DNA of 64,000 nt from Diplonema japonicum (Eukaryota; Protista; Euglenozoa: Diplonemea), in the NCBI GenBank assembly GCA_964019335.1, contig OZ025649.1, positions 372,001-436,000 of the forward strand, read 5' to 3'. Made by a program: the position numbers and the translations under genes. Every line of letters starts with the position of its first letter. Position 1 is the stretch's first letter. Of this stretch, positions 11,798-22,600 are shown one piece after another. The notes below the pieces were generated by a model. That model was not told the DNA's origin. It saw nothing but the letters and a program-made list of their open reading frames with translations, and made no database searches.

Positions 11798-12538
11798 ATG
11801 GAAGACTGCGCGGCAGGATGCCTAGCTGGCCTCATTGCTGCTGGTGTGACGCATCCCTTGGACACGCTGAAGACGCGGAGCATAACGGGACTGGAAGGGC
11901 AGGGACGGAAAGGGTTGTATAAAGGGTTCGGGACAGTGGCAGTGTTCGGGACTGTGGGGAACGGTGTGTACTTCGGTGGGTATGAGGCAACGCGGAAAAA
12001 GTTGGATGGTGTGGTCAGCGAGTTCTGGGGGATCTTCACAGCAGGGGTAGTGGCCAACACACTGGCCTTGGGAGTATGGGTGCCACTGGACGTGATGAAA
12101 GAGCGGCAGCAGGTCTTTGAAGGAAAGGAGTACCGCGGGACCGCCGCGGCAATGCGGACTATATTCCAAGACAAAGGTGTACCAGGTTTCTACAGGGGTT
12201 TCTTGCACTCCTTCACTCTGTATACACCACTTTGCGTAATGTACTTTTTGTTGTACGAGAAGTTCAAGCAGATGGCCGCTTTTCGCACGAAGCTCACACC
12301 AGACACTCTCGCCACCCACCACTATGTCCTCTGCGGGTTCCTCTCTGGCGGCATCTCTGCCTTTGTCACGACCCCTCTTGACGTGCTTAAAATCAACAAT
12401 CAGGTCTACACGACAGGCACGGAATGGTCCCTCTTAAAATCGAACCCCATGAAGGGGTGCTGGTACCGTGTTGGTGTCATCGCCCCTATGTACGGCCTCA
12501 CAATTGGACTTTGGGAATGGTGCAGACGGGTTTTTTAG
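11798..12538 (+). CDS. Mitochondrial carrier family (SLC25) protein
   Basis: Three PxDxxKxR-type signatures (HPLDTLKTR, VPLDVMKER, TPLDVLKIN) with GLYKG/GFYRG motifs. Confidence 0.93.
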   Translation: MEDCAAGCLAGLIAAGVTHPLDTLKTRSITGLEGQGRKGLYKGFGTVAVFGTVGNGVYFGGYEATRKKLDGVVSEFWGIFTAGVVANTLALGVWVPLDVMKERQQVFEGKEYRGTAAAMRTIFQDKGVPGFYRGFLHSFTLYTPLCVMYFLLYEKFKQMAAFRTKLTPDTLATHHYVLCGFLSGGISAFVTTPLDVLKINNQVYTTGTEWSLLKSNPMKGCWYRVGVIAPMYGLTIGLWEWCRRVF

Positions 12539-12653
12539 ATCTATAATAGTATTGTTAGACTCCTCCCTGCCTGTTGCCCCCATTTATTTGGAGGAACTAG
12601 GCAAGGAAGGGGTTTATAATCCTGTCCCTATGACTAAATCTCACCACCAGGTG

Positions 12654-13883
12654 ATGCAAGGCAGGACATCATGGATGAAGGCTGCAAGTCTTATCAGACA
12701 AGCTGCAGCTCAGGGCGACCTTGAAAGGGTAAAGAAGAGCGTCGACGACGTTACGAAAGAATGGGGCAGCAGCGAGCTTGCGGTGATCCTCAAGATGATG
12801 GGACCTGTGCAGAAGGAGTGCCACGACGTAGACGGGAAAAGTATGGGCTATCACTTGTGCGGGATCACAGGCGTCTTCACTACAGGCACGTCGGGGTACG
12901 ACAGCTCACTGAATGCTTTTAGAGTAGTCACCTTGGAGGCTGGGATCGGGGGCCCTTACGGGAAGGCTAAGCGTGATGCCACCCCACTACATTACAGCTT
13001 AGTAGAGGGACAGTGGCCTGTTGTTGATTATTTACTAGCAATTGGTGCCGATATGTATCAAGAGGCTGCTTGCGGTGCCACTGCGGTGTACATGGCAGAG
13101 ACGAACAGGACCATCAAGCACTTAATTTCTCCTGCAGACATCCCACCGCACGTCAAGAATCAACCGCTGAGAAAGACTATCATATCTACAGTACAGCTCA
13201 GCTCCAAGCCGGTGGAATCCGCTGATGGCGACTCGTCAGCTTCGTCAGCCTCGTCAGAAGAGATGCAGTACCAGCCGAGGAAGCCCAAGTACGGCCCCTC
13301 TGCATTTGACAAGCACAGGCGGTACAAATCAGAACTCGAGAACAGCTTCAACAGGGTCGATGAGTTGGAGGAAGATGACCCCGACTCCTACGGGCTGCAC
13401 AACACGGAAAGAACTATTTATGATCCTGAATTCGAAGTACAGCTACGGGAAGCAAAATTGAAGGCCAGGGAAGGACCAGCTCTGACACGGAGGGCGCTGA
13501 AAGCGCGGGAATGGCTGAACGAGAGTCGACGAGACCCGGGTAGGACCATGAAAGAGGTGTACAGAAGCAGAAGGAGGACCGTCATCACCAAGCAGGCAGA
13601 AATCGCGGCTGCCGAACGCCGTGCAACCACTGCACGCAAGCAGGGAGCCCTCAGGCGTCCCGCCACTTTTAAAAACCTTGTAAGCTACTTAAACCTACCA
13701 AGCTCAGAAGCCATCCCCATCCTTAACCCAGCTGACGGAAAACTCCAAAGGGCGGAAACCCTCCCCTCGAAGTCGGGATTCAACCGGCGCAGCGCTGTGG
13801 GCAACGACAACGTGTGGGAGGAATGGCTGCACTCATCCTCGCAGTGCATCATCGACACTATTCACAAAATGCAGAGAACATGA
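12654..13883 (+). CDS. Ankyrin-repeat-containing protein
   Basis: TPLHYSLVEGQWPVVDYLLAIGAD...GATAVYMA ankyrin repeat and AAAQGDLERVK. Basic, low-complexity C-terminus. Start could be 12630 or 12654. Confidence 0.65.
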   Translation: MQGRTSWMKAASLIRQAAAQGDLERVKKSVDDVTKEWGSSELAVILKMMGPVQKECHDVDGKSMGYHLCGITGVFTTGTSGYDSSLNAFRVVTLEAGIGGPYGKAKRDATPLHYSLVEGQWPVVDYLLAIGADMYQEAACGATAVYMAETNRTIKHLISPADIPPHVKNQPLRKTIISTVQLSSKPVESADGDSSASSASSEEMQYQPRKPKYGPSAFDKHRRYKSELENSFNRVDELEEDDPDSYGLHNTERTIYDPEFEVQLREAKLKAREGPALTRRALKAREWLNESRRDPGRTMKEVYRSRRRTVITKQAEIAAAERRATTARKQGALRRPATFKNLVSYLNLPSSEAIPILNPADGKLQRAETLPSKSGFNRRSAVGNDNVWEEWLHSSSQCIIDTIHKMQRT

Positions 13884-13959
13884 CTTTTCAGTTACATCTT
13901 ACGTTGTACACCTTTAACTATGGAATCATATGCACATAACTAACAACACACAGGACGGG

Positions 13960-16696
13960 ATGCCTCAGCAGACATATGAAGTATGTGTGGTGGTAGAGTC
14001 GGTGAGGAACATTGATGTGGTGGCGGAGAGCAAAGCCGTGAAACTGCAAGTGGTGTGGAAGGGATTGGACACGAAAGGGCAGACAGCGATACTGCCCGTG
14101 CAGGAGGGAGTTGTGGACTTCATGCAGGCATGGAAAATACCGAAGGTGACCGTGAAAGAAGAGTGCTCTCTAAGCTTGGCGTTGTGGCTGTACACAGAAG
14201 GAACAGGTGAGCCCACGAACATAGGGATGGCAACCGTTGATATTTCTGACTTCACGCACAACCACCAGCAGAGGCACAAGTTTGACGTCCACACAGTCCA
14301 CAAGATACTAAACCAGGAGAAAGTTGAGCTTGAGTTCACCATGACGACTACACCCGAGTCCCATGATTCCCCCCAGGCACCCGTCCAGCAGTCGCTCCCC
14401 ACCTTCATTGCACCCAAGCAAGGTGAGCCTGACGCTATCCCCACCTACGACCAGCAGGACCCCTCCGTGTCCATCGTCGAGCTGCGTGAATGGACGTCCG
14501 ACGTGCTTGCAACTGTGAAAGACTCCATCATCACTGCCACTGACCAGGGCGACTCTCCAGTTAAGTTCTCCATCCAAAACGACCCCACCGAGCTGGACAG
14601 GATAGTAATGGACATACTGAACGAGCCTGTGAAGAGGCTTGCCAGCTCATCGCAAACATCTCTGACACACACGCAAGCTGTCGAAGAAAGCCTCATCTCC
14701 AGCACCCTAGAAGTCTACCTCCGGTCGACAGAGGTGGGTTCCGATATTGCCAGGCTTCTCCGCATCGAGACGGGCAAGAAGCTGCTGTCTCTTATGAACC
14801 TCCCCGAGACCACACAGCAGAGGGTGTACTCCGACAACGGGCTGGCAACCTCGTCAGTGCTGCACTCCATACAGCATACCATTTCGCAGAGGGAGAAGGG
14901 CAATATGAAGCCTATCACGGTTTACATATCGCCAGACACCTATGCAGAGTGGAGGGAGACTCAAGTGGAGCAGCAGATAGAGTGGGAACTGCCCTTCCTG
15001 AAATTAGTGCCTATCCCCAAGGGCGTCGACGGGGACATCGACCTCACAGAGCTGGAGAACATTATTCAAAAAGACTCTGCCACCTCCATACCAGGGGCCA
15101 TTGTAGCAAGGATGGGGTCCAGCATGGGGCGGGCGGGTGTGGACGACCTGCCTGCTTTGGTGGGCATCTGCCAACGCTACAAAGTGTGCTTGCACATTGA
15201 AGGCCCTGCGGTGTTCTTCTTTGGGGTCGAGGGCTATGCGCCCTGCGAGCCGTTCAGAGCTTTCTCTTCCATCGACAGCCACGTGTCCATCACCCTGTGC
15301 GCAGATGAGGTCCCCGGGCTGCGGAAAATACCTGGCTTCTGGGTGTTCTCAAACGGCCCCAGCAACCAGCCCGCAACGCCAGTCGACGCCACATTGGAGT
15401 CTAATTACTTGGCCGTTCCGTCCTTCCTTCCCCTCTACCTGCGACTCAAAGGTGCCGGCATGGCCAGAGCAAGAACGTGCCTGAATCAGCGCCTTGAAGA
15501 ACCCCTGCAACTCTGTGACAGCCTCAAGGAGGTGAACACCAGCATGCAGGCTCATCCTGAGACGGAGGGAACCACTGTCTGCATTAAGTTCCACACCTCC
15601 GATCAGAACAGGTGGATCACACGCTTCACAATAGTGCCGCACGGCCACCCCCTGCTTCTCCACGACGCCAACGGTATGCAGAATCGCCTCTAAAAACACA
15701 ACACAGTTCTCCCCGAAATGGCCCTTCAAGGCGACGAGCACCTCAGCATCGGGCAACTCAACATGCTCAACACCTCTATCTTCGAATCTGTCGAAGGGCC
15801 GGAAAGCGATTTCACGCAGTTTGTGGTATGTAATGAAAGGAACACCAAACAACAACACAACTAGGATGCGAACGGGCTGCTGCAATGGCAGAGCTGCATC
15901 GCGACGTCTGACAGGACGCCTGAGATGCTGCAGCACGTGCAGGAGACGGTTATGAAGCTGGGCTCGAACATGCTGAAGGGGGTAAAGGGTGGCAAGATGG
16001 TATGGTTACTCCCGCTCACCCCCTGTACCCGTACCCAACAGATGCACAAGGTGCTGTCGACAGTGCCGAACATCAAGATCACCGAGATACTCTCGCGTAC
16101 CCCGCTGGAGCTGTGCTGCTTCCGCATGGTGCCTGCCTTCTGTGCGAATAAGGAAGTTATTCAAGAAGCTGATGTGCAGGATATGAACTGTTTGAACAAT
16201 GAAGTCCTGGCTCTGCTGAGGCAGAAGGGGTGCGCGGACATACTATTTGAAGGAAGCCAGCAGCAGTTCACAAACACCTTGGACCAAACCTACTCAATGA
16301 GAGGCATCAGGTGCTTCCTTGATGGGAACAAGGAGAACGACGACCTCACAGAAGAGGTGGCCCGGGGGTTCAAAGACATGGTATGAATATAAAGGGGGAA
16401 AAAAAAAAAATCAGTTGGAAGCAGTGGTTGAGACAGTACTGGAGGAGAACCCCATTGTGCACAAGATAGAAGCTGAGGTCCTGCAAAAGGGCATTGCTGT
16501 TGCAGAACAGAAGCTCGCTGAGCAGAGCGTCAGGTCCGCCCAGCAGACCGATGTTATGAGATCCATTCCCTTAGTGGGAGGGATGTACAGCTGGCTTGTG
16601 CCTGCAGCTAAACAAGAAGAAGAAGGGGGCATCAAGTTTGACCTGACAACAAGCACCCTGAGAAGAGAACCCGCACAGAACAGTTCAGAAAAATAG
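13960..16696 (+). CDS. PDXDC1-like PLP-dependent decarboxylase-fold protein with N-terminal C2 domain
   Basis: N-terminal C2-like beta domain. IDLTELENII, GVDDLPALVGICQRYKVCLHIEG match a group II decarboxylase fold. The C-terminus EVLQKGIAVAEQKL...VMRSIPLVGGMYSWLVP resembles the PDXDC1 tail. Introns 15674-15706, 15826-15864, 16000-16041 and 16381-16414 join the ORF pieces in frame. Confidence 0.8.
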
Positions 16697-16726
16697 AACA
16701 AATATTTTTTCTTTTTCAGGTGGTGA

Positions 16727-17029
16727 GGACAACATGAAAATATAAGAAAAACATCAGATGTGTTGTTCGCTGCTGACCTCCTCGTCGGTCATCACGAGTG
16801 GAAGAACATAATGCAGATGCTCAGGGTGACGAACAGGCAGCAAACTGCACGAGCGCAGAATCTTGGTTACCCGGGACGCCCCCGCTGGGGTTGAGCTGTA
16901 CACCGCACGCATTAAGGACACGACGCGGAACGCAGAAGAAGCTACAACTCGGCCGCGGTGCGCCCCCTGTAATCAAGTAGACAGTTCTTGTGCAGGGCGC
17001 CGCCAACACCGGCCTCCTTTAACTCATAT
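16727..17029. repeat. Dispersed ~300-bp GC-rich element, copy 1 (SINE/SIDER-like)
   Basis: Near-identical to 54511-54824, same orientation. Differs by an 11-nt indel (cggaagcgccc) and a few substitutions. Starts ~30 nt after the stop codon of the PDXDC1-like gene. Confidence 0.9.
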
Positions 17030-17418
17030 ATTCTTTTCTTTTTCTTCTTTTAAAACTGGGAGGGGTACACACAGAAATATTGTATGAATATATATATATA
17101 TAAAAGCGGGGGAAAAAGAAAAAGCGCTAATTAAAAAAAAAAAAAAAAAAAAAAAAAGGAACCGAGGAGAAAAAAAAAAGGAAAGAGGCCCCCTTCTGTG
17201 AGTGTTTCTTTTTTTTTTTACCCCCCTTTTTTGTTGGCGGGTTGCTAACTTCACCATAGTGATTTTTTTTTTTTTTTCTTACTCCCATTTTTTTTTTCTT
17301 CATATTTTGTTTTGTTTTCACTGTAAACCAGAGGACGGAGGGGAAAAAAAAATTCCCAAAAAAAAATACAGAAGAAAAATTTAAAAAAGAAATTAAAAAA
17401 ATGGGAAACAGAAATTTG

Positions 17419-17463
<45 letters not shown>

Positions 17464-17670
17464 CCTTTTTTTAAAAAAATGTCTTTTTTCATTGTTGGGA
17501 GGGGGGGGGGGGGGGGTGAAAACTAACCACGTTCTTTTTTTTTGTTTTTTTTTTCCCCTTTGGGAGAGAGATGACGTTTCTTTCTATTTTTTTTTTTTTT
17601 TTTCCCCTCGTTTATAAAAAAAAACCAACAAAAAAAGGCGGGACCCCCCCCCCCCCCCCCCCCCCCCAAG

Positions 17671-18240
17671 ATGTACCTATCCTCCGCAGCGGAGAAAGAA
17701 AAAAAGCATGTAAATGCTAAACACTTTTCTTGGTGCGAAAGGCGGCCAGACGGGAAACGAGCGATAAAAAACCACCAAGAAGCCCACGGCAGGGCGCTTA
17801 AGAATGTACGGAAGGTAGTAGATACCTCAATTCCAAAATTTTTCAAGGTGCGAATAGACAAGGAGAGACGGTGTGAGGCCATACAAGAAGACTCAACAGA
17901 AAACCTACTTCGCACACATCTTGCTTTTAGAATGTTACATCGGACCCCCACACAAGCAGTCAGCCCTCCAAAGCCTATGTCCTATCCAATGAGGCCAGGA
18001 TCGGCCCCTGTTCACAGGGTGCAAGGTCCGGCACCTTCTCCAAGCCCCCCGAAGTGTCCACCCAAGGAGCCGTTGTCCCCTGGCAACCTCAGTTACACAC
18101 TCACGGACGAACAAATGCAGGCTTACAATTCTTTCGTTTCTCTCCTCTCTCAGTTCAGTGCCACAGATGTCAACGTTATCACTGCGACTGCTGTTCAGGA
18201 GGCGAATGAGAAGAAACTTTTTTCGAACTACAGTGGGTGA
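17671..18240 (+). CDS. Hypothetical protein, possibly CFAP97/Hemingway-like
   Basis: HQEAHGRALKNVRKVVDTSIP...ERRCEAIQED..ENLL weakly resembles the CFA97 family. ATG follows C24-aag. Confidence 0.5.
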   Translation: MYLSSAAEKEKKHVNAKHFSWCERRPDGKRAIKNHQEAHGRALKNVRKVVDTSIPKFFKVRIDKERRCEAIQEDSTENLLRTHLAFRMLHRTPTQAVSPPKPMSYPMRPGSAPVHRVQGPAPSPSPPKCPPKEPLSPGNLSYTLTDEQMQAYNSFVSLLSQFSATDVNVITATAVQEANEKKLFSNYSG

Positions 18241-18589
18241 TGCGGTGACCCTTTCTTTTCTTCCCCTCATCCCTCTGGCTAGTTTTTTTTTTTTCTTTTC
18301 TTTTTTTCTTTTTTTTTTTTTTTTTTAAGTTTTGTTGTATACAAAAAAAAAAAAGAAAAAAATAAGGAAAGAGGGAAAAAAAAAGTTGTTAAAAAAAAAA
18401 AAGAAAAATCCGAAATGTAGTATACAGTTCTTATGCTCTCCATCTTGCTTTTGTTCCGTTTTTTTTATTTTTTTTTTTTTTTTTTTATTTTGGTGTCCCC
18501 TCCCCTCACTCTCTACAGGTGCGTACACGGGATGGTCGTGAGCGGTTTGCCACTGTCCCCTTTCCCCCCTCCCTTACTTTACAATTACA

Positions 18590-19405
18590 ATGTTGCAAGA
18601 AGTTGAGTGGCTTCTGTATGAAGAAGAGAGTGTTACAAGTGACGACACGGAAGCAGATGAGGGTGTGTCCTGTCGTGGTGCGGTGCCCTTGTCGGAGGAC
18701 ACAGTAACCCGTCCGCTGGTGGAGGCATGGGGCAGCCATTCCGCGTCCTTCACACCACCATTGTGGAACAAGATGTCGAGAAGTGTGCTGGAGGTGCGTG
18801 AGTACGGAAAGAAGGAAGAAACGGTGCTGGAAAAGATACGGGCGTTGAAAAGGGTGCGAAAGGGGAAGCACGAAACCCTAGTCGAAGCCTGCAGAGCGAG
18901 GGAAGCAGTGCTGTTCTCCACCCATGACGAGTACCTGCTTGAGTTGGACGGAGAAATGAAAACAAGGAAGAAGAACTACCTCTCCCTTCTTGAGGAAGAG
19001 ATTCTATCTTTAGAAAGCGAAGTACGGGACCTGACAGCACCGTGCAACACCTGCACATCAGAGTGTGCTGACACAGAGAAGGGCAGCCAGTCCTTGTTGT
19101 GTAGAACCGAGGTTTCCAGCAGCAGCCCTCCTTTAACAACCTTTAATGATGTTATCAAAGCCTGTAACGAATCAGCAGTCGCGCTGGCACAACAGGTGGC
19201 TACCTGCGAGCAGCTTGAAACCAAGGTACTGAACACCTTTTCCCCAACAGTCCTCGCTCCTCTCTACAACACCCTAAGCAGCCTTAAAACCAGTCTTTCC
19301 GCTGATGAAGAGCGTGTGCTGTCGATTGACGCAAGTTTAACATCGGCTCGTTGCAATGTGCCTCTCATGGGCCAGAAGCTGTTTTCTTCGGGTGTATCTC
19401 TTTAG
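18590..19405 (+). CDS. Hypothetical coiled-coil protein
   Basis: 271-aa ORF with coding-like composition and heptad-rich E/L/K segments. No family recognised. Confidence 0.6.
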   Translation: MLQEVEWLLYEEESVTSDDTEADEGVSCRGAVPLSEDTVTRPLVEAWGSHSASFTPPLWNKMSRSVLEVREYGKKEETVLEKIRALKRVRKGKHETLVEACRAREAVLFSTHDEYLLELDGEMKTRKKNYLSLLEEEILSLESEVRDLTAPCNTCTSECADTEKGSQSLLCRTEVSSSSPPLTTFNDVIKACNESAVALAQQVATCEQLETKVLNTFSPTVLAPLYNTLSSLKTSLSADEERVLSIDASLTSARCNVPLMGQKLFSSGVSL

Positions 19406-19610
19406 TGGTTTTCTTCCCCCCCCCCCTTGTTTTTTCTTCGCCTTTACCTTTTTTTTGCAGTTCCCCTTCATGCTTCCCGTGCGCCCCCCTTTTTTTTGGA
19501 GTACTTTTTTTTTTTTTTTTTGACCACCGTGATTTTTTTTGCAACTCAGTTTTTTTTTTTTCCTTTTTTTTTTTTTCCACAGAACTTTTGTGTCGGTGGT
19601 TTTATGTAAC

Positions 19611-22600
19611 ATGGGTAGGTGCTTGGTCCTTCTTGCTCTGTGCCTGCAGGTAGTGGTTGGTATGAAACCATCGCTTGCTGGGAGTGGTGTTGTGGGCGGG
19701 ACCAGCACGGCGTACGGGAATGGGTTTGCCTTTGTGGCGACTGGGACTGCGGTGAAGGCGATGGACTTATCAGGAGTGCCAAACTACGCGTCGCCTGGAG
19801 GTGTTGTGTCTGAATCTTCTGCGTATTCAGGCAGTTTCACTGCAGTGGCAGCAACCAACTCAGACGTGTACGCTCTGACGCTCACAGGCCAGCTTTATAT
19901 CCTAAAAAACCCCAGCCTGGGGTTCAGTGCATCCTCTCCAGCAACAGGTACAGAATGTCACCACCTGGCAATGGCCGCAAAATGCGCTTACGCGTGCTGC
20001 AACACAGATTTAATCTCGTACGACATCACCAACCCTGCATCATCCATTTCGACACAATCGGTCTCTCTCCGTGGTGCGTGCCACAGCGTAGTGCTCAGCG
20101 ACGCGGGAGACAGGGTTTACTTTTGGGTGGACATTATGACTCATTATGACTTGGAATATTATGTTACTGACTCATCTTGTTCCCTCACTCCTGGTGCCTT
20201 TTACACCGCCGGTGCTGTCACCCCTGTTGACCTTGCCTTTGACAAGCAGCTCTATGCGCTTTCCACGCAACAATTATTCGTTCTTGACACCACCAACACC
20301 CTGCTACCTGACCCCAATCTTTCTGTGGGGACTCCTTTTGCATCGCTGGTGATCGAGTCATCCAATCTGTTGTATTTGTCGTCAGCATCGGGAACACTGG
20401 CACCTGTCGACACCACAACGAACCCTATCTTTGACATCATGGCTGAGTTCGGTAGTGCGAGTGCGGGATGCAATGACTTGGCTTATGCTAATTCATACAT
20501 TTATTGCGTTACGAACTCGGGGTTCGAGGTGTTTGGGAAGAATGATCTTACAGGCACCCCTACAGCTACATCGACTGCTGCTCCCGCAACAATTGCTCCC
20601 ACTGCAGTTCCAACCGATGCCCCACCCACGACGCAACCAACTGTTGTGCCAACAACTGCACCGACTACAGCCACGCCCACTGCAGTTCCGACCGATGCCC
20701 CACCCACGGTGCAACCAACTGCTGTGCCAACAGTTGCACCGCCTACAGCCGTACCCACTGCAGTTCCGACGGTTTCCCCCTCAACAGCTCAGCCTACTGC
20801 TGCGCCAACAGTTGCACCGACTACAGCTACGCCTACTGCAGTCCCGACAGTTTCCCCACCCACAGCTCAGCCTACTGCTGCGCCAACTGTTGCGCCGCCT
20901 ACAGCCACGCCCACTGCAATTCCGACAATTTCCCCCTCAACAGCTCAACCTACTGCCACGCCAACAGTTGCACCGACTACAGCTATAACCACTGCAGTTC
21001 CGACAGTTTCCCCACCCACAGCTCAGCCTACTGCTGCGCCAACTGTTGCACCGCCTACAGCGCAACCCACAGCAGTTCCGACGGCTGCTCCTGCAACGTT
21101 TGCACCAACAGCACAGCCCACAGGAATACCACCTACGGCCACCCCCACTGCCGCCCCCTCAACAACTCAGCCTACTGCTGCGCCAACTGTTGCACCAACT
21201 ACAGCTATACCCACTGCAGTTCCGACAGTTTCCCCACCCACAGCTCAGCCTACCGGAATACCACCAACGTCTCAACCTACTGCCGTGCCCACCGGTGCCC
21301 CTCTGACAATCGCACCAACAAGCATGCCCACGGCACCACCCACTGCCACCCCGACGGCTCAGCCTACAGCCGCTCCTCCTACATCTACACCGACAGTTGT
21401 GCCAACAAATACACCTACAACACACCCCACTGCAGCCCCGACGGCATCCCCTACGACAGCTGAACCGACAGCACAGCCAACTGGTATTCCTGGCACAACT
21501 CTTCCTACAGCGCAACCTACTTCTATCCCCACTGTTCCCCCAACACAAATTACTGCAGTGCCCACGATGCAGCCTACTCTAGTACCAACGCTGACACCTT
21601 CTTCTGCCCCGCAAACAATTACCCCCACTGTGGCTCCGACAACAGCACCGGCAACCGTGGCGCCAGCCACGAATGCCCCTCAGGTCATCGAAGAAGAAGA
21701 CGCAATCAAAGCAGTCGGGGGTGCTGCTGCTGTGGGATCTATTGTAGGCGTGTCCAGTGCAGGGCCAGCCATGCGTCTAGTGGTTGTTGCGGGGCAGTGC
21801 AATCCCAATGAAACGGCACTGACCCTTCCAAGGACCCTGCACCCTACACAAATCAAGATAGGGGACTCAGATGCCTTGGGCGCTGTGGTAGGGAACATCG
21901 CCACATGTCTCGTTTTCACCTGTCTGTGCTACCTCGCGGTGCAGGTTTTGAAAGGCTGTGGCAAGAACATGTTCACGGCCCTCGACTCACAGGGCATGGC
22001 AAGGTTTCCCTCAGCTCCCATGTTCGTGTTCCAATTTCTTTATCAAGGAACCACATTAGCCGCCATGAGACTTCTGATGCACCCGCCGTTCTTGTTAGGG
22101 TTCATTGTAGGGTTCTTGACATTGGCGGTGTGTTTCGTACTACCGCTGTACTTTTTCAACGTTGTAAGGAAAGCTGTACCGGAGTTGGCATATTATAGAG
22201 AAGCGGAGCGCACAAAGCTGGAAACGGTCGCATTGGGGAAAGGGGAATGGGTGTCACGGCACAGGAGTAACCATTGGGTCAACAGGCACGCTGCGATAAT
22301 GCGGACATACAAGCAAGACACGGCATGGTTTATGTTTGTTGAACTCTGTGCCAGCTTTGCCTTGGCGGGTATACAGGCGGCTATAGTGGAATCATGGGCT
22401 GGGTGCGGTCATCAGAAAATGTTTGCTGCATTGGTATTTGCCATACTCCTTGCACTGGAAGCAGTAATGTGGCCTCACGCAAGACACCGCGATTCCTGTG
22501 TAGACTTCATTGGCTTAGGTCTACAAGCATGTGCTATGGTGATGCTGGCTATAGGATACTATAAGGGTGGCGTCACTTACTGGACCTTTGAGCTAGGCGG

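Noticed and set aside
15674-16414. Stop-codon reassignment or frameshifting to explain the broken ORFs (PDXDC1-like, eIF2B-beta, BEACH end)
   Set aside because: Every break is resolved by a short GT-AG intron, and TAA, TAG and TGA all end genes normally.
16727-17029. The 300-bp repeat as 7SL, SL RNA, U3, hammerhead ribozyme or a small protein gene
   Set aside because: I found no SL exon, SRP helix-8 motif, U3 boxes or CUGAnGA/GAAA core. The copies differ by an 11-nt frameshifting indel.
20601-21680. CRISPR-like array, given the Cas4-like gene in the window
   Set aside because: The repeats are contiguous coding units with no unique spacers. There is no cas1/cas2 and the context is eukaryotic.
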